Assembly (NCBI GenBank): GCA_026387835.1
Contig: JAPLKZ010000010.1
Span: 114,325-146,324, forward strand
Length of the DNA: 32,000 nt
Source of the DNA: Candidatus Saganbacteria bacterium
Lineage (GTDB): Bacteria > Margulisbacteria > WOR-1 > JAKLHX01
Direction: 5' to 3'
Below, one piece after another: positions 29,801 to 32,000 of the stretch (within the stretch, counting starts at the first letter, position 1; each line of letters starts with the position of its first letter). Made by a program: the position numbers and the translations under genes. Under the pieces are notes generated by a model, which was not told the DNA's origin, searched no databases, and saw only the letters and a list, made by a program, of their open reading frames with translations.

Positions 29801-32000
29801 AGTGCCTGTCAGGGGGGTAAGGATCCTGAGTATCTTTTCGCCCTTGTCCTTTTCGCCTTTCAGGGCGTTCTGCAGGCACAGCACATACGCCGCAGCCTGC
29901 TGATCGACAAGCGCGTCCCTGTATCTCGTCTGGTCTTTTGCGGTGGAAGACATCACCCTTCCGAATGATTCGTTGAGCAGCAGGTCTTCGGCCGTTATTT
30001 TTGTTGCTTTTGCCCCTTTTGACCTGAACGCGATCGTATTAAGCAGCATCACCAGGTTCTGGTCGGCTTTCCCCTTTTCATAGTTCTTGTATCCGTAGTG
30101 TTTTTCAAGGACATCCTGGATCGTTTCGATTTCTTTCAGCGTAGCAGGCACAAGCGAGTGTGTCCTGTCCCTTTTGAGCACGATGATATTTTCTATCCTG
30201 CCAGTCTCTGACGGGTCGTCAAGGTTCACGGGATAGTAGAATTCAAACCTGAAACCGTCAAGGATCGTCTTGGTGCCTGTGATAAAATCGCCCTCTTCGA
30301 GCTGCGGTATCTGTCCGAGCTGTCTTGGAGTGCTCAGTTTCTCCAGCCTTTGTCTTTCCTGATCCCATTTAGAATGGACCTCATCGATCGCTGATGTGAT
30401 CCTGTCAGAGTCCTTTTCACCGGGACAAAATACCTGATGGAATGTGTCAAGTGCCTGAAGCGTCGGTTTATCAAGCTTGTTCTCGTCCTGATTCACGTCA
30501 GAAGTGAATATCGCCTTGACCCTGAAATCTTTTTTCGCCGGATCGGGAAGCAGGCCCATGGGAGAAGATGCCAGCATCAGGCTGTCTTCCATGAAACCCA
30601 TCTGAGAAAGAGTCTTTTTCTTGTCCTCGCTGAAATGCGTACCCCTTGCGAAAGGAAGCCCCGGTCTGTCCTCCGGTGTCTTTTCTGGTTTTTCAGATTG
30701 TACATGTATATTCAACCTTCCTATGCCCGAAGCTGTCCAGCTGCCGCTGTCGTCTTCTTTGATCCCTAATTCTTCACTGTATTTTTGAAGGATCAGGGTC
30801 ACAGTCCTTTCGGCTTCTTCTTCTGAAGAACCCTTAGGGATAAGCAATGTTATGCTGAACGACCTGTCAGGACCGCTCTTTGTCCTTCTTGCTTCGGCAA
30901 GGGCCGTCTTAATGGATTTTAAAAATTCACCTTCCCTGACATGTGTATCTATTTCAGTCCCGAATGACGCCGACTGGTCTTTCCATGGCATGATATTGAG
31001 CTCTTTTTCGACCGCCGCCATCTCTTCTTCTGTCAGGCAGTCCATAACAGCCTGCACCTGGATGTTCCTGAACTGTTCCGCGAGCATTTTTATCCCGTCC
31101 TCGTTGAGCGGTATGCCGCCGAACGCCGTTATCTGGGCTTTTATCTGCTCCGCAGTTGAAGTTATTGTTATTTGTGAAGGATCAAGTATGAATTCATTTA
31201 CGGTAAGCCTGCTTCCTTCCCCTATTTTCTGGCTGAGAATATCCATTTTCAGCATCGAGAAATATCGTTTTCCTGCATTCGTCTTCAGGTATTTTTCGAT
31301 CAGCTCTTTTGTCCTGGGGCATTCTTCAGCCTTTTTCTGCTTTTCTCTGACATTGTTTAACCCGTCAAACAGCTTGCTTGAATACTCGCCGTATTTTTTC
31401 TGGTATTCCTCTATCCTGGCCTGGTTTTCGCTGACCCAGCTCCATTGTTCGACCGGGTTCCCGGCAAATAAAATAGATCTCAGGTTCGCGTCCCTTATTC
31501 TTTTCGAGTCCTGTTTCTTAGTCCCGGATATTTGTTCATCCGCGAATTTTTTCAGTCTTTCGGACGCATAATCACGGACAGCTTTCGTAACCGCCTCGGA
31601 GAAGGCATCCTTTGTCGCCACTTTTGCCTGGTCGGTGTTTATCTCGCCGAGCATCGTTAGCAGTTCATCGGCTCCCGGTATATCTTTTTCCTCGCCTTTA
31701 AATGTCGTCGCCCCGAGCTTTTTCATGATCTGGGCAAGCATCCATCTGGCACCTCTTGCCGCTGCATCTTCTTTTTTGACGGCCTCAAAGTCCCTTGATA
31801 CGATCAGCTGCGCAGCTTTGTTCTTTGCCGCTTCATCTGAAAATATTTCTTTCGGGGCTGTCTTGCAGATGTCGGCCAGCAGCGCTCTTTCCCCGGATAT
31901 CTCACTTGACCTCTGCAGGCCGGCTTTGTAGCTTTTTATTTCCGACAGGGCTTTTTTTATCGCCTGGGGAAGTTCCTGAGGTTTTACAGTATTCTGGGTT
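17900..32000 (-). CDS. Giant protein of unknown function, 5'-partial (at least 4,699 codons inside the window)
   Basis: The ORF track gives 4,613 aa from ATG 31741 to TGA 17900. I translated the same frame across 31742-31999 and found 86 sense codons with no stop: [86 protein letters not shown], then MLAQIMKK. The other two minus frames contain stops there. Confidence 0.85.
   Translation of the reverse strand, partial: [4699 protein letters not shown]
19790..20535 (-). other. Gly/Ala-rich hydrophobic block near the C-terminus of the giant protein (candidate membrane-inserting region)
   Basis: About 250 aa running from [16 protein letters not shown] to [17 protein letters not shown]. It contains [61 protein letters not shown] and [18 protein letters not shown]. 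These are several 18-22-aa hydrophobic stretches with small-xxx-small spacing, flanked by K/E-rich helical sequence. Confidence 0.5.
23282..25170 (-). other. SecA-like motor module (NBD1-PPXD-NBD2) embedded in the giant ORF, about aa 2190-2820 from Met-31741
   Basis: It is colinear with SecA as I recall it. [13 protein letters not shown]...[30 protein letters not shown] matches TGEGKTLTATL...[41 protein letters not shown] matches [67 protein letters not shown] matches [59 protein letters not shown] matches [38 protein letters not shown] matches [24 protein letters not shown]. Confidence 0.8.

Noticed and set aside
31739-31760. ATG 31741 preceded by AGAGGTG (8 nt upstream) as the true start of the giant gene
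   Set aside because: The RBS-like sequence is real. However, the same frame is open for all 86 upstream codons to the window edge, with protein-like sequence, while the other two frames are closed. An independent upstream gene in this frame would need a stop that is not there. It could at most be an internal initiation site.
18277-31931. Many plus-strand ORFs (60-239 aa) inside the giant gene, e.g. 23492-24190 and 30852-31571
   Set aside because: All are antisense to one continuous 14-kb reading frame. Their Ser/Phe/Leu/Cys-rich compositions mirror the K/E/A-rich sense strand, and none has a start context.
1-32000. Search by eye for tRNA, rRNA, transposase, integrase, reverse transcriptase or toxin-antitoxin pairs
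   Set aside because: Intergenic spacers are short (the longest are ~150 and ~208 nt) and contain no cloverleaf-like GC stems. No ORF shows DDE, tyrosine or serine recombinase motifs or RT motifs.

Overview
This 32-kb window looks like it comes from an uncultivated bacterium using the standard genetic code (TAA, TAG and TGA all terminate ORFs). 21 of 22 protein genes are on the minus strand.

The left 17 kb (1-17100) holds tightly packed, mostly ordinary operons:
- (i) metG-tatD, then a short PilC/GspF-like platform protein, a type IV pilin-like protein and a family-5 ABC solute-binding lipoprotein. The ORF track misses the last gene: it has a TTG start at 769 and runs off the left edge.
- (ii) A permease translationally coupled to a secreted Asp-box protein.
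- (iii) A divergent PGI-fold/SIS protein followed by a clean intrinsic terminator.
- (iv) A secreted phosphodiester-glycosidase-like protein.
- (v) argF-argG-argH-ndk-TPM-lemA-pepA.

The right 14.1 kb (17900-32000) is one giant minus-strand ORF that is not complete in the window. The frame stays open for 86 more codons upstream of the ORF-track Met at 31741, up to the window edge, giving at least 4,699 codons. By eye the protein is non-repetitive. About 2,200 residues in, it contains a colinear but partly motif-degenerate SecA-type motor (NBD1-PPXD-NBD2). It also has a C-terminal Gly/Ala-rich hydrophobic block and a zincin-like segment with a non-canonical HELTEIH motif. This giant ORF is the main candidate for something new.

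At the DNA level:
- Three operon-leading genes (metG, permease, argF) have (TGn)TATAAT placed 8-9 nt before the ATG with no Shine-Dalgarno sequence, which suggests leaderless mRNAs.
- argF and the only plus-strand gene are driven by back-to-back promoters whose -35 hexamers overlap.
- A decayed copy of the argF 5' end, with its own relic leaderless promoter and a perfect 24-nt tandem duplication, sits beside the giant gene stop. The plus-strand orphan gene is therefore bracketed by direct repeats.

I saw no rRNA, tRNA, CRISPR array, transposase or integrase.
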